Source: Eubacteriales bacterium (GTDB taxonomy: Bacteria > Bacillota > Clostridia > Oscillospirales > CAG-382). Taken from it: DNA of 64,000 nucleotides. The stretch covers positions 1,556-65,555 of the forward strand of contig JAZKZH010000034.1 of assembly GCA_045612545.1 (NCBI GenBank), read 5' to 3'. Under the pieces are notes generated by a model that saw nothing but the letters and a program-made list of their open reading frames with translations, ran no database searches and was not told where the DNA came from. The position numbers and the translations under genes are program-made. Below are positions 7,830-15,778 of this stretch, piece by piece; position 1 is the stretch's first letter; every line of letters begins with the position of its first letter.

Positions 7830-8192
7830 ATGTCCGATTCAAAACTCCGCACACAATCCATGGATTTTGCAGTTCAAATCATAAATCTTGTTAAATCACT
7901 TAAAGAAAAACGGGAATCTATTATTTCTAATCAAATCGGCAGAAGCGGCACCTCTATTGGAGCAAACATTCGTGAAGCACAATATGCTCACGGTAAGGCG
8001 GATTTTATTGCCAAACTTCAAATAGCACTCAAGGAAGCAAATGAAACGGGATATTGGTTAGAGTTATTGTATAAAACAAACTACATTACCGAAAGCGAAT
8101 ACAAAGCGCTTGATTCCGCTTGCACGAGTATTAGAGTAATGCTTATATCTTCCATCAACACCGCTAAGGAGAACAGAAATAGCAATGCTTGA
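7830..8192 (+). CDS. four-helix-bundle protein (23S rRNA intervening-sequence protein / Avd-like family)
   Basis: IGRSGTSIGANIREAQYAHGKADFIAKLQIALKEANETGYWLELL is the family signature. RBS gaggtg lies 7 nt before the ATG. The gene is AT-rich. Confidence 0.8.
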   Translation: MSDSKLRTQSMDFAVQIINLVKSLKEKRESIISNQIGRSGTSIGANIREAQYAHGKADFIAKLQIALKEANETGYWLELLYKTNYITESEYKALDSACTSIRVMLISSINTAKENRNSNA

Positions 8193-8613
8193 AGAAGTAA
8201 TTATTCGCTTTGGCACAGAATTAGAAAAAGAAAAACTGTTAACTGATTATCCGAATATTCAGAATGTCATTGGTGATGGTGGATACTTTATAATAGCCGC
8301 AATTAAAGATACAGTTGTTGGTTATCTATGGGCTTTTAGGCGAAAAATTCCTGCACCTGTTGAGCAAAGTGAGATATTTATAAATATAATTGAGGTCATC
8401 CGCACGAATTTGCGGTGTCAGGGCATTGCATCCCAAATGCTGAATGTAATTATAAATACGGCCAAACAAGAAGATGTTTATCAAGTTCGCGCTTACTGCG
8501 ATATAAGGAACGTGCCATCTCATCGGCTTTGGATGAAAAATAAATTTTCGATTAGTCCGGTAAAAATGCCGGACGGTTCCATTGTAGGTTCTTTCGTCAC
8601 ATATATTTTATAA
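8185..8613 (+). CDS. GNAT family N-acetyltransferase
   Basis: The RCQGIASQMLNVIINTAKQ segment matches the acetyl-CoA binding motif A (R/Q-x-x-G-x-A/G). Overlaps the upstream gene by 8 nt. AT-rich. Confidence 0.65.
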   Translation: MLEEVIIRFGTELEKEKLLTDYPNIQNVIGDGGYFIIAAIKDTVVGYLWAFRRKIPAPVEQSEIFINIIEVIRTNLRCQGIASQMLNVIINTAKQEDVYQVRAYCDIRNVPSHRLWMKNKFSISPVKMPDGSIVGSFVTYIL

Positions 8614-8660
8614 AGCATAGTAAAGTTGCATCACACACCTTTTTACTGCTCTTTCACAAA

Positions 8661-8691
8661 AAAGGACTTTCTTCGGAAAGTCCTTTTTTTA
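8661..8691 (+). terminator. rho-independent terminator after the GNAT gene
   Basis: AGGACTTTC-TTCG-GAAAGTCCT followed by a T7 run. Confidence 0.8.
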
Positions 8692-8846
8692 TCCAAACCG
8701 CGTAGGGGTTCCCGTAGACTTGGTATATCATCGCCGCGCGAAGTGCGGTGCATATCACTTTCCGTCCCCCCTTGCATTTCTTCCTTTTTTGTGGTAAACT
8801 ACGAAATACAAACGAAAACAGATTGATTCAAACAAAGGAAAAAACG

Positions 8847-9383
8847 ATGAAAAAACAAACGTACATCCTTCTCGGGGTCGCAGCGTTGCTGTTGGTAATC
8901 GGTATTATCGTCACCGTCCTCTTTTGCGCAAAAAGCGATCAAACCACAGATGGTGTCATTGACACGGTGGAAGAGGCCGAAGCGATCTTAATCCCTGTGA
9001 TTTCGGAAACCTTTGCAGGATCCACCCTGCCGGGAGAAGAGCTTCCCGCCTTTTTGACAAAGCTGGAATCCCTGCAGACCTTCCAGGTGTTATCCTTGGA
9101 GCCGGAGAAAGAAGAAGTCGTGGTGGTCACCCTGTCCATCGGCGCCCCCGACCTTACGCAAGTAATTGAAGCCGTGGACAAGCAGGGTCAGCTTTCCCAA
9201 GACGAAATGAACTCCGCTATTGAAGAGGCCATCAAGAAAGCGCCTTTGCGGAAAGAAGAGGTAACGGTTACCTTCTACAAGCTGGAAGATGCCTGGTATC
9301 CTCAAATCACCGACACCTTTTTCAACGCTTGCTACGGCGGCGTGTTGGAGATCTATGAAGATTTGTTGGGAGGTGCAAACTGA
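8847..9383 (+). CDS. hypothetical membrane-anchored protein
   Basis: MKKQTYILLGVAALLLVIGIIVTVLF is an N-terminal anchor. RBS aaaggaaaaaa lies upstream. The stop overlaps the next ATG (TGATG). Confidence 0.6.
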   Translation: MKKQTYILLGVAALLLVIGIIVTVLFCAKSDQTTDGVIDTVEEAEAILIPVISETFAGSTLPGEELPAFLTKLESLQTFQVLSLEPEKEEVVVVTLSIGAPDLTQVIEAVDKQGQLSQDEMNSAIEEAIKKAPLRKEEVTVTFYKLEDAWYPQITDTFFNACYGGVLEIYEDLLGGAN

Positions 9384-11623
9384 TGGGCAAGAAAATCGTT
9401 GTATGGTTGCTCCTTTTTGCAACCTTGCTGAGCTGTTCCCCTGCGGTGATCGCGGAAAGCGGCTCTGCATATACCAAAAACAAGGTACAAGTTTGTTTTA
9501 ACGGGGCCACCTATACCAAGGAGGTTCTCAAAGCCACCGACGGTACCGTATACGTGCCCATTGATTGGTTGACTTTTTTCGGACTGATGTACTCAAAGGA
9601 GCACGAGGATTATTTTGAGTTTTACGATCCCGCCCACGAAAATCCGGTTCGATACACCAAAAGAGTCTTTATCAACAAGGACGGAACCTACGAGATCGGT
9701 TTTTACGCAGGAAAAAGTCTTTCCGATCTGGCGTTGGAGCCTCTCAAGTTATACATGCAATACTCCAATAACCTTTCTGCCGAAGCCTCAAGACAACTGC
9801 TGGAGTACGTCAAAAAGAAAGATCCTGCGTTTTACAAGGAATGCTCCGAACGTCTGGCCGGTGCTAAAAAAGGCTACTCCATCATGGTGGAAGGCAATTT
9901 CTCCAAAACCTTTTGGCAGGACGGCAAGTATTGGGTTCCCATGAGGGCATTTTTACCCCTTTTTGACGCCCACGTGGATATCAAGGACGGCAAGATACAG
10001 ATCATGTCCGTAACCGTTCCTATCTGGAAAGCCCTGACGAAGTGGGATCTCAGCGAGATCGTATTCCGCGCAGACGACGAGATGCTGGGGGAAGAGCTCC
10101 TCACTGCGGGTTATTACACGATCACCACTATTGTCGACAGACGTTACGATCGGATTGTCAGTTCCAAAAACGGAGCTGAAGCCGATTACCAAGAACTGTT
10201 CAAAGCATATTTGGTAGACAACAAAACCTATCTTTCCTCCTTCGATGGGGAAGGCCACCTACGGCAGGAGACCATGAAGGAGCTCTTCGGCTACTTCACC
10301 CAAATGGATTCCGCCCTTTCCTCCTACGAAACGTTGTATGACGTGGCGGAAGCTCTTGGACAAAGCGCAGAATTTCTTACGGAAAACTTTTTGCTGAAGG
10401 AAAGCGACGTAACCGGCGTTGTGGGAATGGCCCTGACCGCCGCCGACAAGGTGTTGAATTACGCTTTTATTTACGAAAACCAGGTAAAAGATCACCGAGA
10501 AATGCTGGGGACGATGTATGAATATTACGCTTCTCTGGGTGCCACCAAAACCGAAAGAGCAGAGCGTAAAAAGTACCCCTCTTACAAAGCGGCGCTGAAC
10601 GTTCAGGCTTTGTACGCTAAAAATGCCGATAGCATAATCGCCATCGTCCGACAGGGAATGGAGGATCTTACGTATGAATTGTTTTCTTCAGCCATGGAAG
10701 ATCTGGTCCCCAGCGCCATGAAGCCCGCAACCATTACCTTCGACGTGGTCACGGGAATTATGAAAACCTTCGGCAATTACGATAACGTGAAAAACGGTTC
10801 TCTTACCTTAAAGGCAGACACCGTATGCAAGGAATCCTACAATTGCTACGCCACAGCCCGTTCCATCATGCCCGCCAACGGAGATGAATTTGAACGGCTC
10901 AGGCTGCTTGCGTTGATGACGCTGGTATCCTCCCACCATGCTTTTACGACCTACAGATCTCTTTCCGAAAAGATCGATTCCATAGAAGAAATGCTGGTGG
11001 ATTTCTATATGGCGGCGGAAAGCACCCCCATGTACAGCGTGGAGTATATTTCGAAGACCTCCGTGGACCTGTATTGGAAGCAGCAGGATCTGAATTTGAT
11101 CGAAATCAAGCCCGTGGATTGGGAACAAAGCAAGGCAGAGATTCTGCGCATCGTCGGCACCATGGGTCCCTGTGAGGAGTTTTACTTTAAAGCGGAAGCC
11201 TTCCTGTATACCGATACGCAGCCGGAGTACGTTAAGCGGGAAGAAAATTACTATGATGAAGAGCTGGACAACACCTTCTACATATATTACTACAAAAAAT
11301 CCGACGTGTATTCATGGAGTAAAAGATATTTCGGAACGGTTTTCGACGATGAGCAGTATCACAAGAAATCCTGGTCTTATGAATTAGTTTTGGACGGAGA
11401 TTATCTGATCGTAGTGGAACTTGACATTGATCCCCGCGCTTTCCGCATAGCTAAATTTGTAAAAGAAGTTTCTTCCGATCCAAAGAAAGGTTTGTTCGTA
11501 TGGCATTGTCTGTATGGTTTTGAATATAACGATGGTGAGGACCTCATGGATATTCTCGTCACCGTGCAAAAAACCGACCAAGGCTATTCTCTTCGCAAAA
11601 TCGAACCCATGGACGAGACATAA
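9383..11623 (+). CDS. hypothetical secreted 746-aa protein (N-terminal segment resembles a copper-amine-oxidase-N/stalk-like domain)
   Basis: Signal peptide MGKKIVVWLLLFATLLSCSPAVIA. VCFNGATYTKEVLKATDGTVYVPIDWL weakly resembles the stalk domain. No other motif recognised. Confidence 0.6.
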   Translation: MGKKIVVWLLLFATLLSCSPAVIAESGSAYTKNKVQVCFNGATYTKEVLKATDGTVYVPIDWLTFFGLMYSKEHEDYFEFYDPAHENPVRYTKRVFINKDGTYEIGFYAGKSLSDLALEPLKLYMQYSNNLSAEASRQLLEYVKKKDPAFYKECSERLAGAKKGYSIMVEGNFSKTFWQDGKYWVPMRAFLPLFDAHVDIKDGKIQIMSVTVPIWKALTKWDLSEIVFRADDEMLGEELLTAGYYTITTIVDRRYDRIVSSKNGAEADYQELFKAYLVDNKTYLSSFDGEGHLRQETMKELFGYFTQMDSALSSYETLYDVAEALGQSAEFLTENFLLKESDVTGVVGMALTAADKVLNYAFIYENQVKDHREMLGTMYEYYASLGATKTERAERKKYPSYKAALNVQALYAKNADSIIAIVRQGMEDLTYELFSSAMEDLVPSAMKPATITFDVVTGIMKTFGNYDNVKNGSLTLKADTVCKESYNCYATARSIMPANGDEFERLRLLALMTLVSSHHAFTTYRSLSEKIDSIEEMLVDFYMAAESTPMYSVEYISKTSVDLYWKQQDLNLIEIKPVDWEQSKAEILRIVGTMGPCEEFYFKAEAFLYTDTQPEYVKREENYYDEELDNTFYIYYYKKSDVYSWSKRYFGTVFDDEQYHKKSWSYELVLDGDYLIVVELDIDPRAFRIAKFVKEVSSDPKKGLFVWHCLYGFEYNDGEDLMDILVTVQKTDQGYSLRKIEPMDET

Positions 11624-11662
11624 TGCAATTTTTCCTCAAAAAAAGACCTCGAAAGGGGTCTT

Positions 11663-12094
11663 TTATTTTGCCAAATTGATGATATTTTTCTTCTTTTTGA
11701 CAGCAAACTCCAAAGTTTTATACGCTCCTCCAAAGGAATTTATAACGTATGCAATGATAAGATCCGCCTGCAAAACCATCCATTGATTTCGCTTTGAAAT
11801 AGCGTACCGCGGAGGCACTGTCTCCAAAGGCGGGTAAAGAATCTCATTGTACAGCTTGCTCTCTTCCGATGAAGCATTCAAATACGGAGTAACGAAAACC
11901 AACTCTGCAAAAACGCCTTCTGCCATCAGTTTTCGGCAGGCTCTCATACACAAATGATCAAAATTTCCGTATCCGCCGCAATAAAAGGAAACCTTTTCAT
12001 TTGACGGAAGGCTTGCTTTTACTGTGTCTATCACTTTTTGAAAGATTTCTTCCCCGTAACAAAGTGACCCGTGTCCAACAAAGGTAATAATCAT
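11663..12094 (-). CDS. SLOG/DUF1273 (YpsA-like) Rossmann-fold protein
   Basis: IITFVGHG...YCGGYGNFDHLCMRAC...SKRNQWMVLQADLIIAY resembles the SLOG pattern (GHR..GGA.G.D..A...RN..mv..sd.li). The ATG at 12094 has GGAG 6 nt upstream. AT-rich. Confidence 0.45.
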   Translation of the reverse strand: MIITFVGHGSLCYGEEIFQKVIDTVKASLPSNEKVSFYCGGYGNFDHLCMRACRKLMAEGVFAELVFVTPYLNASSEESKLYNEILYPPLETVPPRYAISKRNQWMVLQADLIIAYVINSFGGAYKTLEFAVKKKKNIINLAK

Positions 12095-12108
12095 ATTCAT
12101 CTCCAAAA

Positions 12109-12217
12109 TCGTGGAATTCCGATATTTATAGTATCATACTTTTCTAAAACTGTCAATATCGTGGAACTCCACGAGAGAATCTTTTTAATATCGTCTATAA
12201 TTATCATGGAATTCCGA
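12109..12217. promoter_or_regulatory. three related 14-16 bp palindromic operator candidates in the SLOG/XRE divergent spacer
   Basis: TCGTGGAATTCCGA (12109-12122), TCGTGGAACTCCACGA (12159-12174, perfect 7+2+7 palindrome), TCATGGAATTCCGA (12204-12217). TATAAT at 12196-12201. Confidence 0.6.
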
Positions 12218-12236
12218 GAGAAGGAGCCATTGACCG

Positions 12237-12470
12237 ATGACGATGAACGAAGCGATCCTGAAACGGATCTACGAGCTTTGTAACGAAAAGAAGATCAATA
12301 TCTGTGACACCTGTCTGAAAGGCGGGATGTCTCCTTCCGCCATTTACGACCTGACGAAGGGACGTACCAAATGTCCTAAAGTTATTACCGTAAAAAGGTT
12401 TTGCGAAGGGGCGGGGATCACTCTGCGGGAATTCTTTGATAAACCTTATTTTGACGAAACGAACGACTAA
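12237..12470 (+). CDS. XRE-family helix-turn-helix transcriptional regulator (77 aa)
   Basis: The segment ..GMSPSAIYDLTKGRTKCPKVITVKRFCEGAGITLREFF is a Cro/C1-type HTH pattern. Confidence 0.7.
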   Translation: MTMNEAILKRIYELCNEKKINICDTCLKGGMSPSAIYDLTKGRTKCPKVITVKRFCEGAGITLREFFDKPYFDETND

Positions 12471-12472
12471 AA

Positions 12473-12497
12473 AAAGACCCGGACGGGTCTTTTTTGT
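12473..12497 (+). terminator. rho-independent terminator after the XRE gene
   Basis: AAGACCC-GGAC-GGGTCTT followed by TTTTTG. Confidence 0.8.
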
Positions 12498-12560
12498 TGG
12501 ATGGAAACCGTTACAAGGCGGGCGGATTCGTGAATCGCCCCTGCACTCTCGTAGCATAAC

Positions 12561-12582
12561 GGGACGCCGTGAACGTCGTCCC
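12561..12582. repeat. solitary REP-like hairpin
   Basis: GGGACGCCGTGAACGTCGTCCC belongs to the same family as the copies at 20681, 20809, 21421, 24288, 24400, 45473, 54951, 55101, 55390 and 55540. Confidence 0.7.
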
Positions 12583-12624
12583 GGAGCGAATCAAACAATT
12601 TTTCCTCGCCGTAACGGCTACATC

Positions 12625-12720
12625 AAAAAATTCTTTCCCTCCCGAAAACGGCAGTTTTCGGCAATACGGTTTCTTTGGGGGTGAAAGGGGGACTTTCTTT
12701 TTCTAAAGAAAGCCCCCCTT
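12625..12720. repeat. module G (CCGAAAACGRCAGTTTTCGG hairpin) plus a long terminator-like hairpin
   Basis: AAAAAATTCT..CCCGAAAACGGCAGTTTTCGGCAATA..GTTTCTTTGG recurs at 17943-17990. It is followed by GGGGGACTTTCTTT-TTC-TAAAGAAAGCCCCCC, downstream of convergent genes. Confidence 0.7.
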
Positions 12721-12733
12721 AACGTACCCATCC

Positions 12734-13609
12734 TTATATACTCTCCAAAAGTGCCTTCAAATCGTCCTTGGAGTACTTGTAAATGTTATCGCAGAACCGG
12801 CAGGTCATCTCCATGGTGTCCTCCTCGCCGTCGATCAGCTCCTGCAGCTGCTTTCTGCCTAAGGAGATCAGCGCGCGGTCGGTACGGTCACGGGAGCAAT
12901 CACAGCGATATCCGCAATCGATCTCGTCAAAAATATCAAAGGGAATGCCATCCAGATACCCTGCCAGAATGTCCTCGATGGAAGCCATCTGCAGCGCGGT
13001 GGTGATGGGAGGCATTTTCTTTGCGTTTTCCTCCAGCTTTGCCGCCACTTCCTCGTCAGCGAAGGGCAACAGCTGAACGATGATCCCTCCCGCCTCCTTG
13101 CAGGAATAATCGGTATCCACCAGCACGCCCAAGGCGCAAAGGGTGGGCACCTGCTCGGAGAAGGCGTAATAGTAAGCGATGTCCTCGGCAACCTCGCCGG
13201 TCTGAATCTCGCAGGTTCCCTGCCAAGGCTCCTTGCCGCCGGCGTCGCGGATCACGGTAAGGTAACCCTCACCGATGCATTTGCCCACGTCCAGCTTGCC
13301 GTCACGCTCCCGCAGGGGAAGATCGCAATCCGGGTTGCCGATCAGGCCTCTCACGTTGCCGTAGTAATCGGAGGAAGCCAAAACGGTACCCCCTTCTCCG
13401 TCTCCCTGAAAGCGCAGGGTAAGCGCATCTTCTTTCTCACCCATCATACTACCCATCAGGGAAGCGGCCAAAAGAACCCGTCCCAGAGCCGCAGAAGCGG
13501 TGGGTGCGGTGTTATGGATCTGTATGCCGCGGTCTACGATGTCTCTGCCCTCGATGATAAAGGCTCTGGCAGAGCCGTCCCGGGTCATTGCACGAATAAT
13601 TCTTGCCAT
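12734..13609 (-). CDS. hslO: Hsp33 family redox-regulated chaperone
   Basis: The C-terminal zinc centre CGYRCDCS....CRFCDNIY (CxC...CxxC) and overall length match Hsp33. Confidence 0.85.
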   Translation of the reverse strand: MARIIRAMTRDGSARAFIIEGRDIVDRGIQIHNTAPTASAALGRVLLAASLMGSMMGEKEDALTLRFQGDGEGGTVLASSDYYGNVRGLIGNPDCDLPLRERDGKLDVGKCIGEGYLTVIRDAGGKEPWQGTCEIQTGEVAEDIAYYYAFSEQVPTLCALGVLVDTDYSCKEAGGIIVQLLPFADEEVAAKLEENAKKMPPITTALQMASIEDILAGYLDGIPFDIFDEIDCGYRCDCSRDRTDRALISLGRKQLQELIDGEEDTMEMTCRFCDNIYKYSKDDLKALLESI

Positions 13610-13615
13610 AGTTTC

Positions 13616-14821
13616 TCAGTTCTCCTGTATCTTTGTGGCCTTCATCTCGCCCTTGGCCATCCGCAGAGTGAAGGCTTCCCCCACTGCCACGTCGGCAGGG
13701 GTGCGGAGAATGGTGCCATCCTCCCCAAGCGCCACGGAAAAGCCTCTTTCCAAAATTGCAAGGGGGTTCAAAGAGCCTAATTTCTCTGCCTGCAGACGGA
13801 ATTTTTGCTTCTTGCGGTCTGTTGCCACCACCAAGGCGCGGCCCAGACGCTCCTCCAGGGAAAGCAATTGCTGCTTTCGATCGTCAAAATAAGCCTGGGG
13901 GGATGCCAGCACCGGGCGGGAGGCCAAAAACTGCAGTCTTTGGGACAAAACGCCCACGCGGCTTTGCAGAGAATTCTTCATTTTTTCCTGTACGTTGCCG
14001 AATTTCCGCCCCAATTCCACCATGTCCGGCACCGCCAGCTCTGCCGCCGCAGAGGGAGTAGGAGCGCGGAGATCCGCCACAAAGTCGGAAATGGTGAAGT
14101 CTATCTCATGCCCCACGGCGGAGATGATGGGAGTTTTACAGGCGTAAATTTCCCTCGCCAACCCCTCGTCGTTGAAGCACCACAGATCCTCCATGGAGCC
14201 GCCGCCTCTGCCGATGATGATCACGTCGCAAAGGTTGTTATCATCCAAAAGATGCAAGGCGCGGATCAGCTCGGGAGGGGCGTTGGGTCCCTGCACCGTG
14301 GCAGGGGCGATCAACAGCTTTGCCGCAGGAAAACGGCGGCGGGTAACGTTGATCATATCCCGCAGTGCCGCACCGCCGGCGGCGGTAATGATACCCACAC
14401 GGAATGGTATCTTGGGTATTTTTTTCTTATGTGCAGGGGAAAAAAGCCCCTCTGCATCCAGCTTGCGCTTCAGTTGCTCGAAGGCGATGGCCAAGGCACC
14501 GATGCCGTCCGGCTCCATGGATTCGGCGTAAAGACGGTACTGACCGTCCCGCACGAACACGGAAACTCTGCCGGTGCAAACCACCTTCATCCCTGCCTCC
14601 GGCTGGAAATTCAGCTTGCCGATGCCGCCGAACATAGTGGCGGGGATGGTGGATTTTTCATCCTTCAGGGTGAAGTAAATATGGCCACTGGCGCCGTAAA
14701 CACGCACGTTGGAAAGCTCTCCCTTCACCGTTACGGCCGAAAGATAGGGAGCGCCCGCAAGGTAATCACGGATGTAGGTATTCAGTTGTTCAACCGTAAC
14801 GGCTCTGGTTACCTGCTCCAT
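13616..14821 (-). CDS. xseA: exodeoxyribonuclease VII large subunit
   Basis: N-terminal OB fold (VKGELSNVR..SGHIYFTLKD), GIITAAGGAALRD and IIIGRGGGSMEDLW motifs. Confidence 0.9.
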   Translation of the reverse strand: MEQVTRAVTVEQLNTYIRDYLAGAPYLSAVTVKGELSNVRVYGASGHIYFTLKDEKSTIPATMFGGIGKLNFQPEAGMKVVCTGRVSVFVRDGQYRLYAESMEPDGIGALAIAFEQLKRKLDAEGLFSPAHKKKIPKIPFRVGIITAAGGAALRDMINVTRRRFPAAKLLIAPATVQGPNAPPELIRALHLLDDNNLCDVIIIGRGGGSMEDLWCFNDEGLAREIYACKTPIISAVGHEIDFTISDFVADLRAPTPSAAAELAVPDMVELGRKFGNVQEKMKNSLQSRVGVLSQRLQFLASRPVLASPQAYFDDRKQQLLSLEERLGRALVVATDRKKQKFRLQAEKLGSLNPLAILERGFSVALGEDGTILRTPADVAVGEAFTLRMAKGEMKATKIQEN

Positions 14822-14838
14822 AAAAACCTCAAATATAC

Positions 14839-15246
14839 TTAGATCTTTCCTCTGTTCTGGATCACCTTTGCCAACACGCCGTTGATAAAGGAAACCGCCT
14901 TTTCGCTATCCAGAAGTCTTGCCAGCTCCAAGGCCTCGTTGACCGCGATCTCATCGGGGGTGGGCTGGGGCAGACAGCAAAGCTCTGCGGTGGCAAGGCG
15001 CAAAATGGCAAGGCTCACCTTGTTGATACGCTTGAAGCTCCAATTGTCGGACGCATCGGAAATTCTGGCGTCCACTTCCTCCAGATTGTCGATGACAGTT
15101 TCAAACAACATTCTGGCAAAGCCGCTGGTGGTTTCCCCTCTCTCCTCCACTGCGGTCTGCACGATGGTGTCAACGCTCAGCTCCGGCTGGCAGGCATATT
15201 CATAGAGGTAACAAACTGCTTTTTCTCTCGATTCCCGTCTGGTCAT
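14839..15246 (-). CDS. nusB: transcription antitermination factor NusB
   Basis: MTRRESREKAVCYLYE...ILRLATAEL....P..VAINEALELA.. is the NusB pattern. Confidence 0.85.
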   Translation of the reverse strand: MTRRESREKAVCYLYEYACQPELSVDTIVQTAVEERGETTSGFARMLFETVIDNLEEVDARISDASDNWSFKRINKVSLAILRLATAELCCLPQPTPDEIAVNEALELARLLDSEKAVSFINGVLAKVIQNRGKI

Positions 15247-15449
15247 ACCATAAGAATCCTTTCTGTTTTGTCAATCATAGTTCAGTATAGCATTGTTAAA
15301 GGAAAAAGTCAATGGGGAGAGAATCTACTTTTTTTCTTTTTGGAAAGAAAAAAAGTAGCGCAAAAAAAGAAAACCCGGTGCCAAAAACTGTCGTTTTTGG
15401 GAGGAAGAATATATTTTATAAGCAAAACCAAAAGATGAACGCCGACTTG

Positions 15450-15738
15450 GTCATCTCTGAGCATACCAACCCTGCGGGTTGGCGAGTCGAAATTTTCGTA
15501 GTGAGGCATGGCCGAACGGAGAAAATCAAGGGGTGCTTGCACCCCGAAGGGATCTCCTCAAAGTCTGATCTACCCCTACAAAGGCAAACTTACATCCTTT
15601 GTGATAAAACAGTTCTTTAGCCTCGGAAAAGTATATCAGACTCTCAGTAGATCCCGCCTGCGGCGCTTTTTGATGCTCAGCGCTACGCGCTTCGACTACA
15701 AAAAGTTCGACTCACGCTTCGCGTTCGCTCAGGATGAC
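15450..15738. repeat. nested-palindrome composite element, copy E3 (289 bp)
   Basis: GTCATCTCTGAG at 15450, core at 15549-15655, CTCAGGATGAC ending at 15738. Arm stems are ATTTTC/GAAAAT (left) and CTTTTTG/CAAAAAG (right). Confidence 0.8.
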
Positions 15739-15778
15739 ACGCAGACATAGCCGCATACCGCCGACTTGGTCATCCTGA

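Noticed and set aside
7830-8192. A possible diversity-generating retroelement: an Avd-like four-helix-bundle gene plus a near-identical 141-nt repeat at the 3' ends of two genes (27755/29772)
   Set aside because: There is no reverse transcriptase anywhere in the window. The four-helix-bundle gene is 20 kb from the repeat. The single difference between the copies is not an adenine-specific pattern. Gene conversion is the simpler explanation.
7491-12497. An integrated prophage or integrative element at tRNA-Ala
   Set aside because: There is no integrase/recombinase, no phage structural or replication genes, and I found no direct repeat of the tRNA 3' end. I kept it only as a compositionally foreign block.
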